The notes under the pieces: model-generated
What the model saw: only the letters and a program-made list of their open reading frames with translations
Database searches by the model: none
What the model was told of the DNA's origin: nothing
Shown here: one piece after another, positions 20,803 to 30,269 of the stretch
Numbering within the stretch: the stretch's first letter is position 1
Layout: every line of letters begins with the position of its first letter
Made by a program: the position numbers and the translations under genes
Assembly: GCA_963788875.1 (NCBI GenBank)
Contig: CAWBIQ010000014.1
Coordinates: forward strand, 11,113-75,112
DNA length: 64,000 bases
Origin: an uncultured Actinomycetes bacterium
GTDB taxonomy: Bacteria > Actinomycetota > Thermoleophilia > Gaiellales > Gaiellaceae
Direction: 5' to 3'

Positions 20803-21537
20803 CTACGCCGTCTCGCCACCGTCGATCGAAATGACGGAACCGGTGAAGTACGCGGCGTCGTCGCTCGCGAGGAAGGCGAAGAGGGCAGCGATCTCCTCCG
20901 GTCGCGCGTGCCGCCCGAGCGGGATCGACGCGTCGACCTGGGCGAGCATCGCCGGCGTGTACTCCGCCTCCTGCATCGGCGTCAGCACGTAGCCGGGGCA
21001 GACCGCGTTCACGCGGATCGCCGGCGCGAGCTCGCGTGCGAGCGTGCGCGCGAGCAGGATCACACCCGCCTTCGACGCGTTGTAGTCCGCGTAGAGAGGA
21101 TGGCCGGAGAGCCCGTTCGTCGAGGCGGTCATGAGGATGACGCCGCCGTCGCCGGCGCTCATCCGCCGCGCCGCCTCCTGCGCGCAATGGAAGACGCCGG
21201 TGAGGTTGACGTCGAGCACCCGCCGCCAGTCCTCCGGCCGGATCTCGAGGAACGGCTTGCGGATCGAGATGCCCGCATTCGCGACGAGGACGTCGACGCC
21301 GCCGAGCAGCTCGTCGACTCGGCCGAACGCGCGCGCCACCTGCACCTCGTCGGCGACGTCGCAGAGCAGCGCGGCCCCGAGGCCGGGGATGCGCGCGTGC
21401 GCGGTCTCCACCTCGCGCTCGCCGACCGCGATCGCGACGACGCGCGCCCCCTCCGCCAGGAAGCGCCGGCTCGTCGCCTCGCCGATGCCGCTCGTGCCGC
21501 CGGTGACGACGACGCGCTTTCCCTCGAGCCCGTTCAC
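20803..21537 (-). CDS. SDR-family oxidoreductase
   Basis: Intact 244 aa: VVVTGGTSGIGEA, VANAGI, YNASKAGV, CPGYVLTPM and SIDGGETA. Confidence 0.85.
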   Translation of the reverse strand: MNGLEGKRVVVTGGTSGIGEATSRRFLAEGARVVAIAVGEREVETAHARIPGLGAALLCDVADEVQVARAFGRVDELLGGVDVLVANAGISIRKPFLEIRPEDWRRVLDVNLTGVFHCAQEAARRMSAGDGGVILMTASTNGLSGHPLYADYNASKAGVILLARTLARELAPAIRVNAVCPGYVLTPMQEAEYTPAMLAQVDASIPLGRHARPEEIAALFAFLASDDAAYFTGSVISIDGGETA

Positions 21538-21554
21538 GCCGCGACAATGTACTC

Positions 21555-21953
21555 GTGAGCATGTTCCGGCCGTCCGCGCGCACGACAGCCCCCGACGGGC
21601 GCGAGTGGGAGGTCTACGCCTACCGGTTCACGCGGCCGCCGCGCGGGAAGCTCCGCCGCTACCCGCTCGACCTCGCACGCGCAGCCCTGCGCGCACGGCG
21701 GTCCAACGTGTGGACGATCGAGGCGGTGACGTGGGGCGGGCACCACGAGCGGCACCGCTGGGTGACGACGACCGAATACCGGCCGCAGGTGCTCCTGCAG
21801 GTCGAGGGCAGTCTCAGCGCGGCGCCGATCCACGCCCACGCAACGCCACCTACATCGGCTGAAGGCGCTCCGCGAGGTAGCGCAGCGCGCCCGGGTAGCG
21901 GTACTCGATGCCGCTGTGCGTCGCGTCGAACAACTCGAAGAACACGTCGGTGA
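21555..21953 (+). CDS. Hypothetical protein
   Basis: The first ~95 codons are protein-like (GREWEVYAYRF..VWTIEAVTWGGHHERHRWVTTTEYRPQVLLQVEG). The tail overlaps the convergent esterase gene by ~100 nt and is Arg/Ala-rich, so the real end is uncertain. Confidence 0.35.
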   Translation: MSMFRPSARTTAPDGREWEVYAYRFTRPPRGKLRRYPLDLARAALRARRSNVWTIEAVTWGGHHERHRWVTTTEYRPQVLLQVEGSLSAAPIHAHATPPTSAEGAPRGSAARPGSGTRCRCASRRTTRRTRR

Positions 21954-22875
21954 CGCCGATCCGCTCGAGCGCCGTACGGAACGCCTCCGCGCCGACGTCG
22001 AGGAAGAACTGGTCTCGCTTGCCGGCGTCGACGTAGATCGCGCGCAGCCCGCGCAGCGCGTCAGCGTGCCGCTCCGCCATCCGCACCGGATCCCAGGCGA
22101 GCCAGCGCTCCCACACGTCGGGGCGCAGCTGCCCTGTCTCGAGGTCGAACGGCAGCTCAACCGATCCGTCCGCGTTTGCCGAGTAGCACGCGGCCATCGC
22201 CCACGTGTTCAGCAGCGGGAAGTCGGTGGGCTTCGTGAACGCCGGACGCGAATGGAAGTCCTCCCAGAACGCGTCGAACGAGCCGTTGTAGTCGCGGAGC
22301 GCACGCACGGCCTCGCGGAAGTCGGGCATGTAGCAGTGCTCGAAGAGCGCGTCGCCGGCGTGTGTCGCCAGTCCGCCGAACAGGTCGGGGCGAAGCATCG
22401 GCGTGACCATCGCGCCGTAGCCGCCGCTCGACTTGCCCGCGATGCCGCGGTGCGCCGCCTGCGCCAGCGTCCGGTAGCGGGCGTCGACGAACGGGACGAT
22501 CTCCTCGCAGAGGTACGTGTGGTAGTTGCCGACGCCGGGGGAGTCGAGGAACTGGGAGCCGCCGTACGACGTCCACGCGTCGACGAAGACGACGAGCGCC
22601 GGCGGGCAGCCCTCGCCGGCGAACAGCCGGTCGACGAGCTCGGGCACCGTCGGGCGGAACGCGGAGCGGTTCCGCCACATGTCGAGCTGGCCGGTATGCC
22701 CCTGGATCAGGTAGAGCGAGGGAAAGCGGTGGCCGGGCTCGGCGTCGTAGCCCGGCGGGAGGTACACCCAGAGCGGGCGCGCCACCGGGTCGCCCAGCGG
22801 ATTGCCGACCAGCGCCTCGCTGACGAGCTCGTGCTCGTCGAAGCGTCCGGCGGCGTCCCGCGACCACGGCTCCAC
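21850..22875 (-). CDS. Esterase-family alpha/beta hydrolase (putative esterase / enterochelin-esterase-like)
   Basis: LWVYLPPGYD..FPSLYLIQGHTG, GIAGKSSGGYGA (nucleophile elbow) and YVDAGKRDQFFLD. The start was set at GTG 22875 (GAGAAT-N7-GTG). The upstream 123 codons of the ORF look non-coding. Confidence 0.75.
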   Translation of the reverse strand: MEPWSRDAAGRFDEHELVSEALVGNPLGDPVARPLWVYLPPGYDAEPGHRFPSLYLIQGHTGQLDMWRNRSAFRPTVPELVDRLFAGEGCPPALVVFVDAWTSYGGSQFLDSPGVGNYHTYLCEEIVPFVDARYRTLAQAAHRGIAGKSSGGYGAMVTPMLRPDLFGGLATHAGDALFEHCYMPDFREAVRALRDYNGSFDAFWEDFHSRPAFTKPTDFPLLNTWAMAACYSANADGSVELPFDLETGQLRPDVWERWLAWDPVRMAERHADALRGLRAIYVDAGKRDQFFLDVGAEAFRTALERIGVTDVFFELFDATHSGIEYRYPGALRYLAERLQPM

Positions 22876-22926
22876 AGGCGCGATTCTCCCATCCCGCCGT
22901 CGGGCGGTGCGGCTACAGTCGAATCG

Positions 22927-23346
22927 ATGTCCGGACCGCGGCTCCTGACCGTCTTCTCGCTCGGCGCGGCCGTCGCCGTGCTCGGCGCCGGGTGCGGCCA
23001 CACGACCACGGCCGTCTTCACGGCGACCGGCACGGTGAAATGCCTCAGGGACAAGGGTTTCACGCACGTCACCACCGACCGGCTGAAGGTCGGCCTCATC
23101 GCAGGCGTGGCCGAGAACGGCGGCATCAAGGCGACCGCTCCCGGCGGCAACGTCCTCACGATCGCGTTCGCCCAGAGCGCGGTCGACGCCGTCTCGACGA
23201 AGCAGGCCTTCCGCGAGAACGCGTCGCCCTTCTACAAGCGCCACATCGCCGACATCATGGAGTCGCAGCGGAACGCCGTGCTCGTCTGGACGACCTCCCC
23301 GAGTCAGGATCTGCTGAGCACCGCGCTCGGCTGCCTCGCGCCGTAA
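22927..23346 (+). CDS. Lipoprotein, unknown function
   Basis: MSGPRLLTVFSLGAAVAVLGAGC contains a lipobox. TACAGT-N7-ATG start; this is an internal start of ORF 21916..23346. Confidence 0.7.
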   Translation: MSGPRLLTVFSLGAAVAVLGAGCGHTTTAVFTATGTVKCLRDKGFTHVTTDRLKVGLIAGVAENGGIKATAPGGNVLTIAFAQSAVDAVSTKQAFRENASPFYKRHIADIMESQRNAVLVWTTSPSQDLLSTALGCLAP

Positions 23347-23510
23347 GAGCTCGAACCAGAATGACGGCTGAGCCGTCTGGCCGCGCTGGGCGGCGCGATG
23401 CCGCGTCCTCAGTCGCGCCCGTAGCTTTGGCTACGAGCGCTCCCTGCGTCCTTGCCTCGCACTCGCCCATCACGACCAGCCGACGAGCATCATTCTGGTT
23501 CGAGCTCTAA
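23344..23510. mobile_element. MITE-like foldback element (18-19-bp perfect terminal inverted repeats, possible TAA duplication)
   Basis: (TAA)GAGCTCGAACCAGAATGA ... TCATTCTGGTTCGAGCTC(TAA). The centre also pairs (GCGCCCGTAGC-TTTG-GCTACGAGCGC, 10/11). There is no ORF. It sits between the lipoprotein stop and the pdxS promoter. Confidence 0.4.
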
Positions 23511-23519
23511 CGGCCCCGC

Positions 23520-23525
23520 TACACT
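23520..23525 (+). promoter_or_regulatory. -10-like hexamer TACACT, 6 nt before ATG 23532 (pdxS)
   Basis: TACACT-ctcggc-ATG. The same TACACTCTCGGC string also precedes ccmE. Confidence 0.5.
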
Positions 23526-23531
23526 CTCGGC

Positions 23532-24416
23532 ATGGCCGAGTTCGGGACGATGCGGGTCAAGAGCGGCCTCGCCGAGATGCTCAAGGGCGGGGTGATCATG
23601 GACGTGGTCAACGCCGACCAGGCGAAGATCGCCGAGGCGGCGGGGGCCGTGGCGGTGATGGCGCTGGAGCGCGTTCCCGCCGACATCCGCGTCCAGGGCG
23701 GCGTCGCCCGCATGTCCGACCCGGAGATGATCCGTGAGATCCAGGAGGCCGTGAGCATCCCGGTGATGGCGAAGTGCCGGATCGGCCACTTCGCCGAGGC
23801 CCAGATCCTCGAGGCGCTCGAGGTCGATTACATCGACGAGTCGGAGGTACTGACGCCCGCCGACCTCGAGCACCACGTCGACAAGTGGCGCTTCACGGTG
23901 CCGTTCGTCTGCGGCGCGACGAACCTCGGCGAGGCGCTGCGCCGGCTCACCGAGGGCGCCGCGATGATCCGCACGAAGGGCGAGGCGGGCACGGGCGACA
24001 TCGTGAACGCGGTCACCCACATGCGCGCCGTCTTCGGCCACATGCGCAGGCTCACCTCGCTGGCCGAGGAGGAGCTGTACGCGGAGGCGAAGAAGCTCCA
24101 GGCCCCGTTCGAGCTCGTCCGCTGGGTCGCCGAGCACGGCCGGCTGCCCGTCGTCACCTTCACCGCCGGCGGCATCGCCACCCCGGCCGACGCGTCGCTC
24201 TGCATGCAGCTCGGCGCCGACGGCGTCTTCGTCGGCTCTGGGATCTTCAAGTCCGGCGACCCGGAGCGGCGGGCGAAGGCGATCGTCGAGGCGACGACGC
24301 ACTTCAACGACGCGGAGATCCTCGCCCGTGTCTCCGCCGGCCTCGGCGAGCCGATGGTCGGCATCTCGACGGCCACGCTCGACCCGAGCCAGCTGCTCGA
24401 GACCCGCGGCTGGTAG
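23532..24416 (+). CDS. pdxS: Pyridoxal 5'-phosphate synthase, lyase subunit
   Basis: [50 protein letters not shown] and FVGSGIFKS. Confidence 0.95.
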   Translation: MAEFGTMRVKSGLAEMLKGGVIMDVVNADQAKIAEAAGAVAVMALERVPADIRVQGGVARMSDPEMIREIQEAVSIPVMAKCRIGHFAEAQILEALEVDYIDESEVLTPADLEHHVDKWRFTVPFVCGATNLGEALRRLTEGAAMIRTKGEAGTGDIVNAVTHMRAVFGHMRRLTSLAEEELYAEAKKLQAPFELVRWVAEHGRLPVVTFTAGGIATPADASLCMQLGADGVFVGSGIFKSGDPERRAKAIVEATTHFNDAEILARVSAGLGEPMVGISTATLDPSQLLETRGW

Positions 24417-24451
24417 CTGCGCCGTCCGGCGCGTCCCTCAGGATTCCATAC

Positions 24452-25336
24452 GTGCAGGCGGCGAAGCCTCGCTGGACGACGGCGTCCTTCCTCGTGTACG
24501 CGGGCGGGTTGACAGTGCTCAGCGCGGCGCTCGCGGCGCTCAGCTACCTGTCGGGCCACTACGGGAAAGCGGCGTACGCCGGCTGGGCTGCGCTCGTGCT
24601 CGTCGTCCTCTACGTGCTCGCCCACGTGTACCGGCGCCGGGGACGATGGCTCGCTTCCGGGATCTTCGCCTTCGCGTCGGTGATCGCCTGGGCCCTGTTC
24701 GTCGGTGCGCTCTGGAGCTGGTTCGGCTGGCTGTCCGGCGCCTCGGCGTCCTCGTTCGGCCACTTCTCCGTCGCCCGCCTCTCGCTCGAGCTGCTGATCC
24801 TCGCGGCCGCACTCGACGACATGCGGCGCTTCCGCTTCCCGTTCATCGCCTCGATCGCGGTCTTCGTCGGGTGGTTCTTCCTCTTCGACCTGCTCACCGC
24901 GGGCGGCAACTGGGGAGCGGTCGTGACGCTCTTCGTCGGCTTCGCCTATCTGATCGCGGGCGCGGGGGCGGGCTCCCGGCCCGCGGCCTTCTGGCTCCAC
25001 TTCGCCGCGGGTGCGCTGATCGGCGGCAGCGTCCTCTACTGGTGGCATTCGGGCGACACCAGCTGGGCTCTGATCTCGGTTGCGTCGCTCCTCTACGTCT
25101 GGATCGCCTACGGCTCGAAGCGGTCGAGCTGGGCGGTCTTCGCCACCATCGGCTTCCTCGCCGCCGGCGCCCACTTCGCGACCGAGTGGTCGCACAACAC
25201 CGTGTCGCTCTCGCCGGCCGGAGCGGTGAGCTCGGTCAGCGGCTGGGTGCCGGCGCTCGTCTTCGCGTTCGTCGGCTTCCTGCTCGTCGTGCTCGGCCTC
25301 GCCTCGCGCCGCGACGCGCAGCCGGCGAAGCAGTAG
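24452..25336 (+). CDS. Polytopic membrane protein, unknown function
   Basis: Eight to nine hydrophobic helices ([18 protein letters not shown].., [13 protein letters not shown].. and so on). GTG 24452, in the frame of ORF 23774..25336. It lies between pdxS and pdxT. Confidence 0.65.
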   Translation: MQAAKPRWTTASFLVYAGGLTVLSAALAALSYLSGHYGKAAYAGWAALVLVVLYVLAHVYRRRGRWLASGIFAFASVIAWALFVGALWSWFGWLSGASASSFGHFSVARLSLELLILAAALDDMRRFRFPFIASIAVFVGWFFLFDLLTAGGNWGAVVTLFVGFAYLIAGAGAGSRPAAFWLHFAAGALIGGSVLYWWHSGDTSWALISVASLLYVWIAYGSKRSSWAVFATIGFLAAGAHFATEWSHNTVSLSPAGAVSSVSGWVPALVFAFVGFLLVVLGLASRRDAQPAKQ

Positions 25337-25344
25337 CCCCGCAC

Positions 25345-25350
25345 TACACT
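25345..25350 (+). promoter_or_regulatory. -10-like hexamer TACACT, 6 nt before GTG 25357 (pdxT)
   Basis: TACACT-ttcccc-GTG. Confidence 0.45.
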
Positions 25351-25356
25351 TTCCCC

Positions 25357-25923
25357 GTGGAGAAGCCGCTTCGCATCGGCGTCCTCGCCCTGCAGGGGAA
25401 CTTCCGTGAGCACGCGGCGGTGCTGCGCCGCCTCGGCGCCGAGCCGGTCGAGGTGCGGCTGCCGGAGCAGCTCGAGGGGCTCGACGGGCTGATCGTCCCC
25501 GGCGGCGAGTCGACTGCGATCGGGAGGCTGATGCGCCTGTACGGGGTCGACGAGGCTCTGCGTGGCTTCACCGGCCCGATCTTCGGCACGTGCGCCGGGA
25601 TGATCGTGCTCGACCGCGACCACCTCGGGCTCGCCGACATCCAGGTGCGCCGGAACGCGTTCGGCCGGCAGGTGCGCAGCTTCGAGGCCGACCTCGAGAT
25701 CGGCGACGGTGGAAAGCCGCTGCGCGCGGTCTTCATCCGCGCGCCGTGGATCGAGGATGCAGGGCCGGACGTCGAGGTGCTCGCCGAGGTCGACGGCCAT
25801 CCGGTGCTGGCGCGGCAGGGACGCATCCTCGTCGCGGCGTTCCATCCGGAGCTGACCGACGACACGCGCATTCACGAGCTCTTTCTGAACCAGGTACGGG
25901 AGGCGACGAGTGTCCGGGCATAG
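25357..25923 (+). CDS. pdxT: Pyridoxal 5'-phosphate synthase, glutaminase subunit
   Basis: [42 protein letters not shown] and [11 protein letters not shown] start inside ORF 24328..25923. Confidence 0.9.
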   Translation: MEKPLRIGVLALQGNFREHAAVLRRLGAEPVEVRLPEQLEGLDGLIVPGGESTAIGRLMRLYGVDEALRGFTGPIFGTCAGMIVLDRDHLGLADIQVRRNAFGRQVRSFEADLEIGDGGKPLRAVFIRAPWIEDAGPDVEVLAEVDGHPVLARQGRILVAAFHPELTDDTRIHELFLNQVREATSVRA

Positions 25924-26665
25924 CAAGTGGTCGACGATCAAGCACAAGAAGGGCGCCGCCGACGCGAAACGGGGCCAGCTGTTCACGAAGCTCACGCGCG
26001 CGATCATCGTCGCAGCGCGAGAGGGAGGGGGCGACCCCGCTGCGAACCTCGCGTTGCAGAACGCGATCGAGAAGGCGCGCTCGTACTCGATGCCGCGCGA
26101 CACGATCGACCGCGCGATCGCAAAGGGCTCGGGCGCCGACGCGGACGCGAGCCAGTTCGAGACGGTCGTCTACGAGGGCTTCGGCCCGAGCGGCGTCGCG
26201 GTGATCGTCGAGGCGCTCACGGACAACCGCAACCGTACGGCCGGCGACGTCCGGCACACGTTCACGAAGAACGACGGCAACCTCGGCGGCTCCGGCGCGG
26301 TCGCCTGGCTGTTCGAGCGGCGCGGGGTCGTGCTCGTGCCGGCGGCCGGCGCCGACGAGGACGAGCTGACGCTCGCCGCGGCCGAGGGCGGGGCGGAGGA
26401 CGTCTCGCTCGACGGCTCCACGTTCGTCGTCACGACCGCGCCCGAGCAGCTCTCCGCCGTGCGCGAGACGGTCGAGGCCGCCGGCTTCACCATCGACTCG
26501 GCGGAGCTGACCATGGTGCCGAAGACCACCGTCGAGGTGGTCGACGAGGGCGACGCGAAGAAGGTGCTGCGGCTGATCGACCAGCTCGAGGAGAACGACG
26601 ACGTCCAGGACGTCTGGGCGAACTTCGACATCCCGGAGGCCGTGCTCGAGCTCGTCGCAGGGTAG
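25910..26665 (+). CDS. yebC: YebC/PmpR-family DNA-binding regulator
   Basis: [49 protein letters not shown] and [10 protein letters not shown]. Confidence 0.9.
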   Translation: MSGHSKWSTIKHKKGAADAKRGQLFTKLTRAIIVAAREGGGDPAANLALQNAIEKARSYSMPRDTIDRAIAKGSGADADASQFETVVYEGFGPSGVAVIVEALTDNRNRTAGDVRHTFTKNDGNLGGSGAVAWLFERRGVVLVPAAGADEDELTLAAAEGGAEDVSLDGSTFVVTTAPEQLSAVRETVEAAGFTIDSAELTMVPKTTVEVVDEGDAKKVLRLIDQLEENDDVQDVWANFDIPEAVLELVAG

Positions 26666-26697
26666 GGCGTCGGGAAGGGGTCGTCCGACTCCCGGCG

Positions 26698-26703
26698 TAC
26701 CGT
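26698..26703 (+). promoter_or_regulatory. -10-like hexamer TACCGT, 6 nt before GTG 26710 (ruvC)
   Basis: TACCGT-ttcggc-GTG. Confidence 0.45.
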
Positions 26704-26709
26704 TTCGGC

Positions 26710-27198
26710 GTGAGAGTCCTCGGCATCGACCCGGGAACGGCTGCTTGCGGGTACGGGATCGTCCACGAAAGCGGCGGGCGCCTCAAGGGCATCGTCCACG
26801 GGTGCTGGTCCACACCGGCCGGCGCACCCATGGAGCTGCGGTTGAAGACGATCTTCGACGGCGTGGCGGGCCTCATCGCCGAGCACGCCCCGGATGCGGT
26901 CGCCCTCGAGGAGTCCTACGTCGGCGCCGACGCCCGCATCGCGCTCTCCGTCGGCCAGGCGCGCGGCGCCGTGCTCGTCGCGGCCGCCATCGTCGGCGTG
27001 CCGTGCGCCGAGTACGCGCCGGCACGCGTGAAGCAGGCGGTCTGCGGCTACGGGCGCGCGGAGAAGGCCCAGGTGCAGCGGATGGTGCGCGCCATCCTCG
27101 GCCTGGACGAGGTGCCGACGCCGAACCATGCCGCGGACGCGCTCGCCGTCGCGATCTGCCACGCGCTCGCCCCGCCGCTCCTGAAGATGGTCGGGTGA
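26710..27198 (+). CDS. ruvC: Holliday junction resolvase RuvC
   Basis: VLGIDPGTAACGYG, ALEESYVG, QARG, YAPARVKQAVCGYGRAEK and ADALAVAICH. GTG start inside ORF 25927..27198. Confidence 0.9.
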   Translation: MRVLGIDPGTAACGYGIVHESGGRLKGIVHGCWSTPAGAPMELRLKTIFDGVAGLIAEHAPDAVALEESYVGADARIALSVGQARGAVLVAAAIVGVPCAEYAPARVKQAVCGYGRAEKAQVQRMVRAILGLDEVPTPNHAADALAVAICHALAPPLLKMVG

Positions 27199-27202
27199 CG
27201 TC

Positions 27203-27772
27203 GTGATCTCGCGTCTCAGGGGAAAGCCCGTCGCCTCGACGCCGGACGGGCTCGTGCTCGACGTCGGCGGCGTCGGCTACCTCGTCGCCGCAACCCCGTC
27301 GGCCGTGCGCAAGGCGAGCGGGGCGGACGAGGTCGTCGTCGAGACGTACCTGTACGTGCGCGAGGACACGCTCCAGCTCTACGGCTTCGCCGACCGCGCC
27401 GAGCGCGAGCTGTTCGTGCTCCTGCTGACCGTCAACGGCGTCGGCCCGAAGGTGGCGCTCGCCGTCGTCTCCGGGTCCTCGGCCGACGAGCTGCGCCGAG
27501 CGATCGTGCGCGAGGACACCGCGCGCTTCCAGGCGATCCCCGGGATCGGCAGGAAGATCGCGGAGCGGATCGTGCTCGAGCTGAAGGAGAAGGTCGGAGC
27601 GGGCGCGCCGGGTATCGCGGCCGCGGCACCCTCCGACTCGCACGTCGTCGCCCGCGACGCGCTCGTCGAGCTCGGCTACTCCGTCACCGACGCCGAACGC
27701 GCGCTCGCCGACACCGATCCGGAGCTCCCGGCCGAGGAGCGCGTGCGGCTCGCCTTGAGGACGGCAGCATGA
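27203..27772 (+). CDS. ruvA: Holliday junction branch migration complex subunit RuvA
   Basis: [42 protein letters not shown] and [17 protein letters not shown]. Confidence 0.9.
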   Translation: MISRLRGKPVASTPDGLVLDVGGVGYLVAATPSAVRKASGADEVVVETYLYVREDTLQLYGFADRAERELFVLLLTVNGVGPKVALAVVSGSSADELRRAIVREDTARFQAIPGIGRKIAERIVLELKEKVGAGAPGIAAAAPSDSHVVARDALVELGYSVTDAERALADTDPELPAEERVRLALRTAA

Positions 27773-28776
27773 CCCAGTTTCTCGCACCCGTGATCGCGGA
27801 GGAGGACGACGAGCTCGAGCAGACGCTCCGTCCGCGCCGGCTCGGCGACTTCGTCGGGCAGGACCGCGTGAAGGAGCAGCTCGGGATCGCCCTCGCGGCC
27901 GCGGCGGCGCGCGGCGAGGCGCTCGACCATCTGCTCCTCGTCGGGCCGCCCGGTCTCGGCAAGACGAGCCTCGCCTACATCGTCCACGAGGAGCTCGGTG
28001 TCGGCATCCGCACCGTCGCCGGGCCGGCGCTCGAGCGGAAGGGCGACATCGCGGCGATCCTCACCGCGCTCGAGCCGCGCGACGTCCTCTTCATCGACGA
28101 GATCCACCGGCTCAACCGCTCGATCGAGGAGATCCTCTACCCGGCGCTCGAGGACTTCCGGCTCGACATCGTCGTCGGCCAGGGCCCGGCGGCGCGGACG
28201 CTCACGCTCGACCTGCCGCCGTTCACGCTCGTCGGCGCGACCACGAGGACCGGGCTGCTGACGACGCCGTTGCGCGACCGCTTCGGCATGACGTTCCGCC
28301 TCGACTACTACGAGCCGGCCGACCTCGGCACGATCGTCCGCCGTTCCGCGCGCATCCTCGGCGTGGAGGTCGAGGACGACGCGGCAGACGAGATCGCGCG
28401 CCGCGCGCGCGGCACGCCACGGATCGCGAACCGGATCCTGCGCCGCGTCCGCGACGTCGCGGAGGTGCGGCACCAGGGAGCCGTGACGAACGCGATCGCG
28501 CGCGAGGCCCTCGAGCTGCTCGAGGTGGACGAGCTCGGGCTCGACCGCGAGTCGCGCCAGCTCCTGCAGACGATCGCCGGCAAGTTCGAAGGCGGCCCCG
28601 TCGGGCTGAATACGCTCGCCGTCTCGTTCGGCGAGGAGCCGGACACGATCGAGGACGTGTACGAGCCGTATCTGCTGCAGCTCGGCTTCATCCAGCGCAC
28701 GCCCCGCGGCCGCACGATCACGAAGCTCGGCCGCGACCACGTCGGCGGCCCCGAGCACGAACCCAAGCTGTTCTGA
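27769..28776 (+). CDS. ruvB: Holliday junction DNA helicase RuvB
   Basis: [63 protein letters not shown] and IQRTPRGR. Confidence 0.95.
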   Translation: MTQFLAPVIAEEDDELEQTLRPRRLGDFVGQDRVKEQLGIALAAAAARGEALDHLLLVGPPGLGKTSLAYIVHEELGVGIRTVAGPALERKGDIAAILTALEPRDVLFIDEIHRLNRSIEEILYPALEDFRLDIVVGQGPAARTLTLDLPPFTLVGATTRTGLLTTPLRDRFGMTFRLDYYEPADLGTIVRRSARILGVEVEDDAADEIARRARGTPRIANRILRRVRDVAEVRHQGAVTNAIAREALELLEVDELGLDRESRQLLQTIAGKFEGGPVGLNTLAVSFGEEPDTIEDVYEPYLLQLGFIQRTPRGRTITKLGRDHVGGPEHEPKLF

Positions 28777-29099
28777 TGCCGGAGCTCTGGACGCCGGTCA
28801 TGGAGGGCCCGCACGAGGCGTTCGTCGAGCGTCTCTACCGTACGATCGCGAAGTTCGCGGAGACGGCGGGTGTGAAGACCCCGGTGGTCGAGGTCGAGCT
28901 CGTCGACACGTCCCGCTTCGTGCTCGATCGGATCGAGCCGGAGCCGGGGTTCGGGATGATCACGATCTACGTGCACGGCGTCCGCGACGACGCGCCCGAC
29001 GCGATCGTCATCCCGGTGGGCTCGATTCGCCGGATCGAGATGCGCAAGGCGCCGGAGGACCGCGTCACCCGCTTCGGCTTCTCCGTGCCCGAGGCGTAG
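28776..29099 (+). CDS. Hypothetical protein (107 aa), translationally coupled to ruvB
   Basis: The ATG overlaps the ruvB stop (TGATG). The composition is protein-like (EAFVERLYRTIAKFAETAGVKTPVVEVELVDTSRFVLDRIEPEPGFGMITIYVHG). Confidence 0.55.
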   Translation: MPELWTPVMEGPHEAFVERLYRTIAKFAETAGVKTPVVEVELVDTSRFVLDRIEPEPGFGMITIYVHGVRDDAPDAIVIPVGSIRRIEMRKAPEDRVTRFGFSVPEA

Positions 29100-29101
29100 C
29101 G

Positions 29102-29792
29102 CTATGCCGGCGCAGGCGCGAAACGCACGCGCCTGGCCGCGGCGACGAGCCAGGGCGCGACGAGCAGCGCCATCACGTCGAACCAGACGTACCCGCTCGC
29201 AACGCCGCTCGGCGGGTTCCCGTCGGGGATGCCGAGGCCGGGGAGCGACACCGCCCAGCGCCACGTCCCGATCGACGTCCCGTACAGCTCGAGCGCCGCG
29301 ACGACGAGGAACACGCCCGCGTACGTCGCCCGGAACGCGCGAGCGCCAGAGGAAGACGCACAGCAGCGGCACGCACATCGCGCCCGCCACGTCGAGCCGC
29401 GGCAGCACGGTCAGCCCGGCCAGCCCCCAGCCGACCGAGCCGACCGCTGCGGCCGTGACGAGCAGGCGCTTGCCCAGCACGCGGCCGAGGGCGAGCCCGC
29501 TCAGGTAGACGAGCCCGTGCGCGGGCGGGATGAACCACGGCAGGTTGTGCAGCCGGTAGTGGTAGACGCCCCAGACGATCGCCCCCGTCACCTCGCCGAC
29601 GGTGGCGAACGCGACCACCCCGAGCGCCTGGGCGCGCGCCAGCCCGGGCAGCGGGCGCAGCGCGGCCAGCAGCACGAGCCAGGTGAGGACGCCGAGCGCG
29701 CGCTGCCCGCCGAGACCGACCTGGGTGTCGACGGCGAGCAGCGCGGCGAGGTACGCCGGGCCGGCCGCCGCATACCAGCGCGGCGGACTCAC
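29102..29792 (-). pseudogene. Polytopic membrane protein, one frameshift
   Basis: The N-terminal part VSPPRWYAAAGPAYLAALLAV..HNLPWFIPPAHGLVYLSGLALG..VPLLCVFLWRSR is in one frame. The C-terminal part FRATYAGVFLVVAALELYGTSIGTWRW.. is in frame 29102..29314. One surplus base lies near 29335. GTG 29792 overlaps the upstream stop (GTGA). Confidence 0.65.
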
Positions 29793-30247
29793 CGGCGGTA
29801 CTGCACGTCGCGCCAGCTGGGCATCGGCAGCAGCTCGAGCAGCGGGCGCCCGCCGTGCGGGTCGCGGTAGGAGAACTCGGCCTCCTCGTCGTCCCAGCCG
29901 ACCTCGAGCTTCCCCTCCTTGACGTGGTGGTCGAGCCAGGCGCCGCGGAAGACGAGCTTCTTCAGCCAGTAGACGAGCGACTCGCCCTCCACGAGGGAGA
30001 CCTCGTCCCAACGGCGAACGAGATAGCGGCCGAGCGCGCTCCGGGGGTCTTCGATGGCGTCCCGCTCGACGAGCTCGACCAGGTCGGCCGTCTCGTCGTC
30101 GTCGAGCTCGTTCCCCGCAAGGAGACCGAGCTTGACGGCTGCCGCCGTCACCCGCTGCTCGAAGTCGCCCGCGTTGAAGCTGAAGCGGAAGCCGAGGAAC
30201 TCCACCAGATAGTCGTCGCCGGAGCTGTAGTTCGCCTCCGAGTCCAC
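29789..30247 (-). CDS. Hypothetical acidic protein (152 aa after start revision)
   Basis: In the frame of ORF 29789..30340. The start was moved to GTG 30247 because of TACGCT-N6-GTG and to remove the overlap with the divergent 30270 gene. Sequence VDSEANYSSGDDYLVEFLGFRFSFNAGDFEQR..WLKKLVFRGAWLDHHVKEGKLEVGWDDEE. Confidence 0.55.
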   Translation of the reverse strand: MDSEANYSSGDDYLVEFLGFRFSFNAGDFEQRVTAAAVKLGLLAGNELDDDETADLVELVERDAIEDPRSALGRYLVRRWDEVSLVEGESLVYWLKKLVFRGAWLDHHVKEGKLEVGWDDEEAEFSYRDPHGGRPLLELLPMPSWRDVQYRR

Positions 30248-30253
30248 CGCCGA

Positions 30254-30263
30254 AGCGTACCCT
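30254..30263. promoter_or_regulatory. Back-to-back divergent -10 boxes sharing a TA (AGCGTACCCT)
   Basis: The minus-strand TACGCT (30259-30254) lies 6 nt from GTG 30247. The plus-strand TACCCT (30258-30263) lies 6 nt from GTG 30270. Confidence 0.5.
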
Positions 30264-30269
30264 TGCGTC

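Noticed and set aside
23490-24302. 270-aa minus-strand ORF beginning in the right arm of the foldback element, as a possible transposase
   Set aside because: It is antisense to the unmistakable pdxS gene and has junk composition. The foldback element itself has no coding capacity.
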